From positions 405,728,001 through 405,792,000 of the forward strand of contig OZ024740.1 of the NCBI GenBank assembly GCA_964016885.1: DNA of 64,000 bases. The letters are read 5' to 3'. How positions within the stretch are numbered: the first letter of the stretch is position 1; every line of letters starts with the position of its first letter. A model generated the notes under the pieces. The model ran no database searches, had not been told where the DNA came from, and saw only the letters and a program-made list of their open reading frames with translations. A program made the position numbers and the translations under genes. Origin of the DNA: Eledone cirrhosa (Eukaryota). This document shows, in pieces, positions 1 through 11,683 of the stretch.

Positions 1-414
1 GCCAGTACTCATTGTTGCTGTTGTAATTACATCATTAATTACAATAGTTTCATTGTCTACACAAAAAGGTTTATTGGCAACAAATTTGACAATCTTTGTA
101 TTGTTTTTCACAAGTTGCATAGAAATTTTTGTATCTGTATTTACACTATCTTTAATGATGCTTGAATAGAAATACTCATTTGTAGTCACCTGTACTGTTT
201 ATCTTCTGTTTGGTTGCATTGTTGTTACATTGTCTTATGAATCTTTCCAGTGCCTAAAAAAGACATTGCATGACTCGGCTAAAATAATACAGTCCCCTCT
301 AATGTATAAAATTGTATTTCCAGAGTGTTGGCTGAAGAGGAAATTATCTGCTTAGGTTCATTTGTCATCTGTGTCAATTTTTCCATGTGAGCATTTACTA
401 ATACCACATGTATA

Positions 415-440
415 CACATACACACATGCACACACACATA

Positions 441-485
<45 letters not shown>
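415..485. repeat. (CA)n microsatellite
   Basis: Direct CA dinucleotide run. Confidence 0.9.
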
Positions 486-486
<1 letters not shown>

Positions 487-689
487 GTCAATGGCATAAC
501 TGGAAAGCAAAAACAAAATGGAAGATGGTTCAAACTGAGAATTTTAGTTTAATACTTAGGAGATTTGTAAAAAAATATTGGTACATAATGTTTCAAGCTA
601 ATTTTATCACTAATTTTATCACCTAGGTAACAGAAACTATCAACTACTTATATGGAGCCTTCCCGGGATTGGAAAACATTTATTTTACT

Positions 690-900
690 TGTGATCTTAC
701 TACTAACTATCCCTGTGCATCTGCCACATACAAAGTTTACCTTTTTTGTAAGTCTGCCTATTATGCCACTGTACCTCATTTATACTCAGGATTTACATTG
801 TGTACATCATATAGGCTTACTACCAACACCTTTTCTCCATATTGAGCAGAACCACTTTCTTGATGGGATCAAGGTTTTATCTTCTTTCCTGCTTACCAAA
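690..900 (-). mobile_element. Degenerate RTE LINE ORF2 fragment
   Basis: Minus-strand translation KVLVSRKEDKTLIPSRKWFCSIWRKGVGS matches the KVLVCRKENKAAVPSGKWSCSVCRKGVGRN segment of the intact RTE copies in this window. Confidence 0.75.
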
Positions 901-2235
901 ACTTTTTTTTTGTGTGTATACATGCAAGCATGTACAAGCCAGTGCAAGTATACATGTTCTAACATACTGTTCATCATACATGTACTCAGGTGTGAGTGAG
1001 CATAGATACAATGACATGTAGCAGGCAATTATAGTGTGTGCATGTGAGTATCAGATGAGGTTGGGATTTAGAGGTTTGCAGGGTAAAAATGTATTGTTGC
1101 TCATAGTTTAGTGTCAAATGAGGTGGGGGATGTATGTATGATTGATGTGTGGAGAGTTGGAAATATTTGATTTTGTGCCCAAGCAGGTGGTTAGCCTACC
1201 AGGAGTGAAAGACCTCAGGTCCTGGTTGGGACATCATTCTAGAAGGACAACTCTGATGTAAAACCTGCAACTCGATGTCAGCCAATGATGTTGACCTGTT
1301 CTATGTTTTGGATACCTGTCACTGTTGTTCAGTGAGTGGGATTGATCCAATGTAAGAATTTTCTTCATTTAGCTACAAGTACAGACATCATGTGATCTAA
1401 ACATCTTTGACGTGTTACATGAGCATGGCTGGTCATAGCTGTAAAAGGCATTTTTTTTCTTTCACTACACCATTTGCAGAAAGTCATGTTCATGCCACTC
1501 TTGTCTGAGAAAGGGATCAAGTGATAGCAATTCTCAAAACCGAGATGCTGCTATCATTATATGTATGTATGTATGTTTCTTTTTCTCTTAATTTCGAGTA
1601 CATTTTTGACTGGCCACCTTCCTGGTAGTAAGGTTGTAAAAGAAAAGAGATTGTCATCCCTTGAATGGCAAGAATGTTTTGCAAATTTTGAAGGTGCCAG
1701 CTGTCGCAGACATTTGCAGTCTATGAATTAGGGAGCTGCGCTCTTTGTCCGTGCGCACGTGTGTATGTTCTTCTGGTTAGATTATTTTATAAATTGTTAG
1801 TAATAGAGAGAGAGGCGGTTTCTAACATAGACGCAAGACTCTTTCATTGGAATTTAGACAACAACAACTAGGTAAATATGTATGTATGTCTGCATGTATG
1901 TGTATGTGTATGGAGATCTCCTATCAACAAATTTATGAAAAGGACGCAGATATGTGAAATAGATTTGCTTGCTTACATGCAATCTTTGCACAATTCTAAC
2001 TCTACACATTATTGATAGGAAACACCAGGTGATCAACAAACACTCTGACCTATTTCATACTTAAATGCATAAAATATCTCAACCTTTCCTGAGATTATAT
2101 AGATAGCATATTCTGTATACATTAACCTCCACGTACTCTTTAACATAATCACTAAACCTAAAAATTTGGTGCATCATTAGATAGTTAGACACAAATCTCC
2201 TCTAAAAAAGCATAACCTGGAATTATAAATATGTA

Positions 2236-2792
2236 GCCACTACAGTCAGTAGACACCTCTTAACCAAACATACACCCCAACACACCACTCCTACTACACC
2301 CTTCCACTCCCACCAACACCATCCTTTATCTATAAATTTATGTTGGTACAACAGAACATCCAGTCCAAACTAAAGAGGTCGTGTAGGTGTCACAACAAAA
2401 AAGACACAGTCCACGCTGTAATGTGGCCGTGTAGGTAATCATCATCATCATCATCATCGTTTAACGTCCATCTTCCACGCTTGCATAGGTTTGGACGGGA
2501 ATTTTCCCACTTGAGGCAAGATGGTTGTCTTGCTCGTATAGGACTGTCTGGCGGGTTTTCTATGGCTGGATGCCCTTCTTAACACCAACCACGTTTACAG
2601 GTAACACGGTCAAAAGCTCCCAATCTACACTGTAAATGTGGTTGGTGTTAAGAAGGGCATCCAGCCGTAGAAAACCTGCCAGATAGTCCTATATGAGCAA
2701 GACACGGTCACCCGACCAATCTTGCCTCAAGTGGGACAACTCCCGTCTAACCCATGCTAGCGTGGAAGATAGACGTTAAATGATGATGAAGA
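2236..2792 (+). mobile_element. RTE LINE 3' UTR with a nested, inverted RTE 3' end (2439-2598)
   Basis: Matches the 3' UTR of the 4490-6507 copy and ends in (GAT)n; the internal opposite-strand copy starts with (CAT)n and is flanked by an AGGTAA duplication (2433-2438, 2599-2604). Confidence 0.8.
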
Positions 2793-3284
2793 TTAAACAA
2801 ATAAACAAATAAGTAAATTATTCAAAATAATTCTTTAACATATATGAACTGGAGAGACTGACCCCTCTGGTAATTTGATACCTTAACCTTCCTTCCATCC
2901 CAAGAATTTCAGCAAGAATAGTGTCTCCTGGATCCTATCTGCCTACTATAATAGCCATCCAAATCATATGACTACTGGAGAGGACTGCTACCACAATGTT
3001 AATAACTCCATTACCAAGGAGGGGTCTGTAGGGGGAGGTTTTGGAGAAATCAGAGATTTCTATCTTGGTACCTGTTTATTTTAATTTTAAAATTTTGGTT
3101 GCGTTAGGATTAAGCCTACGAATGCACATAGTTAACAGTACTGGACATGTGTTTGACATATATGCGTAAATTTTCCCTACTTCCAAAGAATCTAACCCTG
3201 AAGATGGAAACATTTTTCCAATACTGGTTATCTTAATTTATTGAGATAATTATTATTTCTTAATTCCAGAAACTGAAGTTAGAG

Positions 3285-3682
3285 ACATTCTGAACCTCTT
3301 CTCCTTGGAGTGTCGACGGCTACAAGGCGATCTCATTTTGGCTTACAATCTCTTCAATGGCCATTACGATCTCCCTCAAGATCTCCTATTCACTCCGGCA
3401 CTTGAAAGGGGTCTACGTGGACATGACAAAAAGCTGTTTCACCGCTGCTTTCGCCTAAATAGATGGAAAGCTGCTTTCTTGATCCGCATCTCTGGACCCT
3501 GGAATCGACTTCTAGAAGAAGTAGTCAACGCGCCAACCACAATTCAAGGCGAAATTGGACCGGTGTTGGACCACTGTGTTTCCGACTGTGTAAATGTTGC
3601 CCCCCTCCCCTCCTTACATGGCATCTGAAGCATCTATCTTTTATTTTCTGTCAAATATATTGAATTGAATTGAATTGAATTC
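3285..3682 (+). mobile_element. CR1-clade LINE 3' fragment
   Basis: Translation LNLFSLECRRLQGDLILAYNLFNG...LRGHDKKL...WNRLLEEVVNA is the typical CR1/L2 ORF2 C-terminus; ends in an (ATTGA)n tail. Confidence 0.8.
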
Positions 3683-4391
3683 AAACAGACTTATAGCTTG
3701 TCTAACTTATATCCCCCAATTGAGATTTTGTCTGAAGTTATATATGTTTAATTGCGTCTCTGAGTTGAGATGTTTGAATATATCGGAGGCAAATAACTTT
3801 CTGATTGATATTGGCTACTATTTCATTGAGTAGAGTTAGATAGGTTTTTGGGTGCTATGTCTAGCATCATTAAAAACTTGTCACATTGTCCTAATATATA
3901 GAGAGATATTTGTTCATTTAGTAGTTCAAGGACACACACCGTTGGACACACAGTTTCGACATGAACATCATCTGTATGCTATCTATTCAATACCATTATC
4001 CTTCCTTTTTTGCAATGTGGATGCACTTAATTTTTCTCTCTCTGACCTGTCCCAACAAAAACATTATACCAATGGATATATTTATTTCTTTGTTGTTATG
4101 AGCCGTCTATCCTTTGCAGTCCTTTCAGTCAAATCGTTGAAACGGCAGGCAGTCTGAAAGCTGATGAATGTATCTAAATATTTGTGATCTTTTCTCATCC
4201 ATTCTATTCCTTCCTTCCTATCAATTATTCAAGCCGCTGATTTCTACCTTTCGAGGTAATGTTCCACCCAACACATTTTCGATGACATTTTGCTGTTTTA
4301 ACAGCTTCCTTACGCTCTGTTTTTCCATGTTGCTACACACACGCACACACACACACACACACACACATACACACATATATATATACATATA

Positions 4392-4469
4392 CAGGGTATC
4401 CCCCAAAAATAGATACACACTTCAGCAGCATTCTAATATAAGTGTGTATACATTTTTGGGGATAACCTA
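4392..4469. mobile_element. Tiny Tc1/mariner-type MITE
   Basis: ~30-bp imperfect TIRs CAGGGTATCCCCCAAAAATAGATACACACTT / AAGTGTGTATACATTTTTGGGGATAACCT, flanked by TA. Confidence 0.65.
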
Positions 4470-4489
4470 TATATATATATATATATATA

Positions 4490-6507
4490 TATAATAAGTA
4501 AGGCAATCAAGGATATGAAGACTGGTAAGGCGGCTGGGCCTTCGGAAATAGTTGCTGAGATGCTGAAGGCATCTGGCACGGTGGGACACACCATGGTCAC
4601 CCGCATAGTTAACCAAGTCGTACAGAATGGGGTTGTTCCGAAGGACTGGCATAGCAGCATCATCGTTAACTGTTATAAGGGTAAAGGAGACGCCCTAGAT
4701 AGGAGTAACTATAGAGGCATTAAATTAATCGACCAGGTCATGAAGGTCACGGAAAAAGTAATAGCGCAACTAATCAGAGAGAGAATTGATCTAGATGAAA
4801 TGCAGTTCGGGTTTGTGTCAGGCAAAAGCACCACAGACGCTCTTTTCATAGTACGACAACTACAGGAGAAGTACCTAGCTAAAGGTAAACCCCTCTACTT
4901 AGCTTTTGTCGACCTGGAGAAAGCCTTCGACAGAGTCCCCCGCTCCATTATCTGGTGGGCTCTTAGAAAACTAGGCGTTGACGAATGGCTTGTGAGGGCT
5001 ATACAAGCCATGTATAAAGAAACAGTCAGCAAGGTTAGAATTAACAACGAATATAGTGAAGAGTTTAGCGTAAAAGTTGGCGTCCATCAGGGCTCTGTTC
5101 TCAGCCCCCTACTATTTATTATTGCCCTTCAGGCTATAACAGAGGAGTTCAAGACAGGCTGCCCATGGGAACTCCTATACGCAGACGACCTGACACTCAT
5201 AGCGGAATCAATGGCCGAGCTAGAGAAGAAATTCCAAACATGGAAGCACGGCCTAGAGTCAAAAGGACTTAAAATTAACCTGGCTAAGACCAAAGTTCTA
5301 GTTTGTAGGAAAGAAAACAAGGCGGCGGTCCCTTCTGGGAAATGGTCGTGCTCGGTATGTAGGAAAGGCGTAGGTAGAAACTCCATCTTATGTCCTAAAT
5401 GCAAAGTATGGGTGCATAAAAGATGTAGTGGGATCACAGGTAAGCTAACTAAGAACATAGACTTTACATGTGGCCGATGTTCTGGTGCAATAAGTAGCAG
5501 CAAGTGCCCACAAAATACTAGCTCTTTCAATTGCGCAGAGGGTTCTATAGAAATAGTGGACAGCTTCCGTTACCTGGGCGATAAAATCAGCAGTGGGGGA
5601 GGGTGCTCTGAAAGTACTGTAGCTAGAGTCAGAACTGGTTGGAAAAAGTTCAGAGAGCTTATACCACTATTAGCTGCTAAAGGGTTCTCCCTAAAAATGA
5701 AAGGCAGGTTGTACGATGCCTGCATACGAACAGCAATGTTGCATGGTAGTGAGACCTGGGCATTGTGTGCAGAGGATATACGCAGACTAGAGAGGAACGA
5801 AGCTTGCATGCTCCGCTGGATGTGTAACAGTAATATACGTGAACGGCAAAGCATAAACGAACTAAGGAAAAAATTAGAGATAAGAGGGATCAGATGTTGT
5901 TTACTCGAGAGAAGGCTGCGTTGGTATGGACACGTGATGCGCATGAAAGTCGATAGCTGTATTACAAAGTGCAGGGCAATAAAGATAGACGGTAGCCACG
6001 GAATAGGCAGACCTAGAAAAACATGGGATGAGCTGATAAACTCCGACCTCATACACTTACACCTCTCCAAGACAATGTCACTGGACCGTGACCTTTGGCG
6101 GTACTCAGTAACAGAGAAGACCCGCCTTGCCAGTAGGCATCTCTAACAAACTACACCCCGTCCCGCCACCACCCCCACCCCATCCACACCACCCCGTTCC
6201 ATGTAAAGTTATGTTGGTGCCGCGCCATCCAGGCCGAAACAAACGAGATCGTGTAGGTGTCACGACAAAAAAACACACAGTCCACGCTGTAATGTGGCCG
6301 TGTAGGCAACACGGTAAAAACCTCCCAGACCCACACTGTAAATGTGGTTGGTGTTAGGAAGGGCATCCAACTGTAGAAAATCTGCCAGACAGTCCTATGC
6401 GAGCAAGACAATCACTCTTGCCTCAAGTGGGACTACCCCCGTCCAAACCCATGCAAGCGTGGAACACGGACGTTAAACGTTGATGATGATGATGATGATG
6501 ATGATGA
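4490..6507 (+). mobile_element. 5'-truncated RTE-clade LINE (RT + PHD finger + C-terminus, 3' UTR, (GAT)n tail); ORF 4515-6146 uninterrupted
   Basis: RT motifs KAAGPS, KGKGD..NYRGI, QFGF, FVDLEKAFDRV, GVHQGSVLSPLLF, LLYADD, FRYLG and RTE C-terminus RLRWYGHVMR..GRPRKTW; no endonuclease domain present. Confidence 0.95.
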
Positions 6508-6748
<241 letters not shown>

Positions 6749-6780
<32 letters not shown>

Positions 6781-7103
6781 TTTACGTCCGCTTTTCCCTG
6801 CTTGCAAGGGTGGGACGGGAACTGATTCTGGCTTGATTTCTACAGCTGGATGCCCTTCCTAACACCAACCTCATTTACAGTGAGTGCTGGGGGCTTTTTT
6901 GCCGTGGCACCTCCACGACCACTTTGCAGTGGAATGATAGGGACCCCAGTCACTATCATCTCATTTCTACAGCTGAGTAAACTGGAGCAATGTGAAATAA
7001 AGTGTCTTGCTCAAGGAAACAACACATCACCCAGTCTGAGAATTGAACTCACAACCTTTCGATTGCAAGGCCAATGCTCTAACCACTAAGCCATGTGCCT
7101 CCA
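6749..7103 (-). mobile_element. tRNA-derived SINE (family A) with RTE-derived 3' tail
   Basis: Reverse complement of the 11335-11670 copy: box A TGGCTTAGTGG, box B GTTCAATTC, tail shared with the RTE 3' UTR and (GAT)n. Confidence 0.88.
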
Positions 7104-7104
7104 T

Positions 7105-7303
7105 ATGTATGTAGTCAGGAACCTTACGGCTGAGTTCTGGCCGTTTTGACGGCTAGATCCAAACTAAACCAGTAGTATTAGAACAGCAGGGACATAGCTC
7201 AGGCGTTGGGGTCCTGATTATTTTCCTATTAGCCACTCTACTACCCTAAATATTGAGTACTCTGGTGCGTTATGGTCCACCTAGTTTCTTACCACACTTT
7301 CTT

Positions 7304-7310
<7 letters not shown>
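7105..7310 (+). repeat. Dispersed repeat, homologous in inverted orientation to 31818-31960; ends at (TA)n
   Basis: CCACTCTACTACCCTAAATATTGAGTACTCTGGT..ATGGTCCACCTAGTTTCTT matches the reverse complement of AGAAACTAGTTAGACCAT..ACCAGAGTACTCTATACTTGGGGTAATAGAGTGG. Confidence 0.6.
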
Positions 7311-7393
<83 letters not shown>

Positions 7394-7856
7394 TAGATAG
7401 ATAGATATGTTTCTTTATTAGCCACAGGGGCACAAAAGAAGGGGACAAATACAAAGGGGGAAGTTTACATACAATAAAAACATAGATAGATAGATAAATA
7501 GATAGATAGATAGATCCTCACGTGCAGGGAAAATGGAGATTAAATGATGATCATGATGAAGGAAAGAGAGAGAGGGAGAGAGAGAGTTTCTAGAATTATT
7601 GTATAATTATTTGGGCTGTAATCCAAAAATAGGCCAACTTCAACTACGTCTTACAGATCTGATGCCCTTGTCAGTCTGTTTGTACTTTGAGTATTTACTT
7701 CCAGCCACCCTCACACACCCTTCATACATTCTTCAACAATACATGCAAATTCACACACATATTATATATATATATACCACCACCCCACTCTCAAGAGCGT
7801 GAAACTAATAAACCTTTGTTCGTACTGCCTCTCTGTTTTGTTCGCGTTCAATTTTT

Positions 7857-7915
<59 letters not shown>

Positions 7916-7962
7916 TGTATATATATTATATATATATATATATATACACACACGTGTATATA

Positions 7963-8340
7963 TCATCATCATCATCATCATCATCACCGTTTTACGTCCG
8001 TTCTTCCACGCTAGCATAGGTTAGACGGGTTGTCCTGTTGTGGGCAGTGTCTGGTCAGCTGACCATGCCTTGCTCATACAGGAACTGATCTGGTTTGATT
8101 TCTACAGCTGGATGCCCTTCCTAACACCAACCTCATTTACAGTGAGTCCTGGGTGCTTTTTCGTGGCGCCTACACGTCCACTTTACAGTGTGGGCTGGGT
8201 GCTTTTTTGCCGTGGCACCTCCACGACCACCTTGCGGTGGGGGGTGTGGGGGCATATTGTCTATATGCTTCAGCTTGTACCCATGGGAGGTCGGGTACTC
8301 TGTATTACTGCGTGACGCCAGAAGTCACGGTCGTGTGTCA
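7963..8340 (-). mobile_element. RTE subfamily B 3' end
   Basis: (CAT)n then near identity to 23980-24290. Confidence 0.8.
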
Positions 8341-8686
8341 TATACAAATATATATATATGCATATATGTATATGTATATATATATATATACACACACACA
8401 CATATATATATACATACACACACACATGTATATATATATATACAAATATATATATATATATGCATATATCATCATCATCATCATCATCAACGTTTAACGT
8501 CCGTGTTCCACGCTTGCATGGGTTTGGACATATATATATATACACACACACACACACATATATATATATACGTATACAAATATATGTATATGCATATATA
8601 TATATACACATATATATAGATATGGTGTGGGTAGTACAATGAATTACTGGTATTGGTACCAAAGCAAGCATTCTATGCACAGGCAG

Positions 8687-8845
8687 ATAGAAAAAAAATG
8701 AGGAAGTTTTGTTTACATATGAAAAATAGATAATGCGTATTGACCGCGTCCACAACTCTTATGGGTTACCAATCCTCTGCGAAACACACGTAACAGGTCA
8801 ATAAATATTTTTCATATGCAAACGGAACTTCCTCGTTTTTTTTTC

Positions 8846-8848
<3 letters not shown>
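8687..8848. mobile_element. MITE-like element with ~45-bp imperfect TIRs
   Basis: ATAGAAAAAAAATGAGGAAGTTTTGTTTACATATGAAAAATA vs TATTTTTCATATGCAAACGGAACTTCCTCGTTTTTTTTTCTAT. Confidence 0.65.
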
Positions 8849-8923
<75 letters not shown>

Positions 8924-8927
<4 letters not shown>

Positions 8928-9364
8928 GATATTAACAAATGGAAACTATATTTATAAAACCATATTTATTTCATTATACATATTTCAAGGACACCAAGTT
9001 AAATTATGGTGTGCTTTCTTCAGATAAAATATAATATAGAGCAGTTTTATAAATAAATATTGATTGACATACCCTTAAAGAATGCGACCATTACTGTTGG
9101 AAGCTCCCGGATAGTAATGGTCGCATTCTTTAAGGGTATGTCAATATTTATTTATAAAACTGCTCTATATTATATTTTATCTGAAGAAAGCACACCATAA
9201 TTTAACTTGGTGTCCTTGAAATATGTATAATGAAATAAATATGGTTTTATAAATATAGTTTCCATTTGTTAATATCGTATTTTTACTCTAATTATTTGTT
9301 GATTGATTTATATCAATTATAAAAATATTTGCTTGTTGTATCCCAACAATTTAAATAGAATTTC

Positions 9365-9368
<4 letters not shown>
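8924..9368 (+). mobile_element. Penelope-like pseudo-LTR remnant with inverted 5' duplication, inserted in (TA)n
   Basis: ~170-bp near-perfect inverted repeat (8924-9095 / 9113-9280, one 4-nt indel) containing a hammerhead motif; right arm runs on to 9368; (TA)n on both sides. Confidence 0.65.
9165..9245 (+). ncRNA. Minimal type I hammerhead ribozyme (mirror copy on - strand in the left arm)
   Basis: Stem I TATTTTAT/ATGAAATA, core CTGAAGA (9181-9187), stem II AAGCACACCA/TGGTGTCCTT, GAAA (9218-9221), self-complementary TATGTA, cleavage triplet ATA (9227-9229). Confidence 0.7.
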
Positions 9369-9407
<39 letters not shown>

Positions 9408-9437
9408 TAAAATCATTCGGTTTCCTAAATCGAATTT

Positions 9438-9856
9438 TAGTCTACGACTTCAGTTATACCATTTACGTGGTTTTGTCTTTGCGTGTAATTGTTCTCATTG
9501 CACCACATAATGACGTATTATCTTCATTTTTTTCCGTTCATTGCCAGAGAACGTCTCCATGAACCACCTAATAGAATATTAGTCTACGACTTCATTTATA
9601 CCATGAACGTGGTTTTGTCTTCACATCTAATTGTTTTCACTGAACCAAATAATGACGTATTATCTTCGTTTTTTTCCGTCCTTTGCCAGGGAACGTTTTC
9701 ACGAACCAAAGTATCGTCTTACTGTCTTCCTTCGGTTGCAACGTTTTTTGAAATATTTACTTCTGCGTTCACAGATTGACTTTTTTAGTTTCAGAAGATC
9801 CCGTTAAGGCTGAAAGCAGCGATTCTTTGCTTAAACTTTAATCTGTTATTTTAATA
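9438..9856. repeat. Two ~142-bp tandem copies followed by a ~115-bp segment repeated in inverted orientation at 13968-14083
   Basis: TAGTCTACGACTTCA..TATACCAT..ACGTGGTTTTGTCTT occurs twice; AAATATTTACTTCTGC..AAACTTTAATCTGTTATTTTAAT is the reverse complement of 13968-14083. Confidence 0.65.
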
Positions 9857-9947
9857 TATATTTGCTCTACGGTTCTTATATATTTGATATATATTTATCG
9901 TTATCGAGCCCTCTTTGGATTTTATTCTTCAAATTTATTATTGTTAC

Positions 9948-11325
9948 TCATCATCATCATCATCATCATTGTTTAACATCCATCTTCCACGCTAGCATGG
10001 GTTTGGAGGGGAATTTTCCCACTTGTGGCAAGATTGGTTGTCTTGCTCGTATAGGACTGTCTGGCGGGTTTTCTACGGCTGGATGCCCTTCCTAACACCA
10101 ACCAAGTTGACAGTGTGGACTGGGAGGTTTTTACCGTGTTACCTACACGGCCACATTACAGCGTGGACTGTGTGTTTTTTTGTTGTGACACCTACACGAC
10201 CTCATTTGTTTCGGACTGGATGTTGTGGTACCAACATAACTTTACATTGGAAGGGGTGGTGTGAATGGGGTGGGGGTAGTGGAGCCGGGGTGTATTTTTG
10301 TTAGAGGTGCCTACTGACTGTAGGTTTCGCTTTGTACTTAGGCAAGGCGGGTCTTCTGTATTACTGTGTAGCGCCAAACATTTCGGTCCAGTGACATTGT
10401 CTTGGAGAGGTGTAAGTGTGTAAGGTCAGAATTTATCAAGTCATCCCAGGTTTTTCTGGGTCTGCCTACTCCGTGGCTACCGTCTATTTTTATTGCCCTG
10501 CACTTTTTTATACAGCTGTCGTCTTTCATGCGCATCACATGACCATACCAACATAGTCTTCTCTCGAGTAAACAGCATCTGATCCCTTTTATTCCTAATT
10601 TCTCCCTTAGTTCGTTTATGCTTTGCCGTTCACGTATATTACTATTACACATCCAGCGAAGCATGCAAGCTTCGTTCCTCTCCAGTCTGCGTATATCCTC
10701 TGCACACAATGCCCAGGTCTCACTGCCATGTAACATTGCTGTTCGTATGCAGGCATCATACAGCCTGCCTTTCATTTTTAGAGAAAACCCTTTAGCGGCT
10801 AATAGTGGTATAAGCTCTCTGAACTTTTTCCATCCTGTTCTGACTCTAGCTACTGTACTTTCAGAGCACCCTCCACCACTGCTGATTTTGTCACCCAAGT
10901 ATCGGAAGGTGTCCACTATTTCTATAGAACCATCTGTGCAATGGAATGAGCTAGTATTTTGTGGGCACTTGCTGGTACTTATTGCACCAGAGCACCGGCC
11001 ACATATAAAATCTATGTTCTTAGTTAGCTTACCTGTGATCCCACTACATCTTTTATGCACCCATACTTTGCATTTGGGACATAAAATGGAGTTTCTACCT
11101 ACTCCTTTCCTACACACTGAGCATGGCCATTTCCCGGATGGGACCGGTGCCCTATTTTCCTTCCTACAACCTAGAACTTTAATCTTAGACAGGTTAATTT
11201 TAAGGCCTTTTGCTTCCATGTTTGGAATTGATTCAGCTATGAGTGTTAGATCATCTGCGTATAGGAGTTCCCATGGGCAGCCGGTCTTGAACTCCTCTGT
11301 TATAGCCTGAAAGGCAATAATAAAA
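9948..11325 (-). mobile_element. 5'-truncated RTE LINE with a small internal deletion
   Basis: ORF 10338-11342 has YADD, PHD finger and RTE C-terminus; 3' UTR and (CAT)n at 9948. Confidence 0.93.
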
Positions 11326-11334
11326 TATATATAA

Positions 11335-11670
11335 GGACGCACATGGCTTAGTGGTTAGAGCATTGGCCTTGCAATCGAAAGGTTGTGAGTTCAATTCTCA
11401 GACCGGGTGATGTGTTGTTTCCTTGAGCAAGACACTTTATTTCACATTGCTCCAGTTTACTCAGCTGTAGAAATGAGATGATAGGGACTGGGGTCCATAT
11501 CATTCCACTGCAAAGTGGTCGTGGAGGTGCCACGGCAAAAAAGCACCCAGCACTCACTGTAAATGAGGTTGGTGTTAGGAAAGGCATCCAGCTGTAGAAA
11601 TCAAGCCAGAATCAGTTCCCGTCCCACCCTTGCAAGCAGGGAAAAGTGGACGTAAAATGATGATGATGAT
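11335..11670 (+). mobile_element. tRNA-derived SINE (family A) with RTE-derived 3' tail
   Basis: Box A TGGCTTAGTGG, box B GTTCAATTC, central CCTTGAGCAAGACACTT domain, tail GGTTGGTGTTAGGAA.GGCATCCAGCTGTAGAAA..GGACGTAAAA(TGA)n. Confidence 0.9.
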
Positions 11671-11683
11671 ATATATATATATA

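Noticed and set aside
1170-1550. Possible RTE 5' UTR / HDV-like ribozyme remnant
   Set aside because: I could not build the nested double pseudoknot by eye; too degenerate to support.
3190-3283. Hammerhead-like arrangement TCTAAC-C-CTGAAGA-TGGAA..TTCCA-GAAAC..GTTAGA
   Set aside because: Stem III and the NUH cleavage triplet are missing and the stem II loop is very long; at best a decayed Penelope-type remnant.
5129-6070. Antisense ORFs recurring opposite each RTE copy
   Set aside because: Shadows of the conserved sense ORF2; they recur only because the element is repeated.
11342-11410. tRNA-like sequence with A and B boxes
   Set aside because: This is the head of a multi-copy SINE, with no proper acceptor stem or terminator; not called as a tRNA gene.
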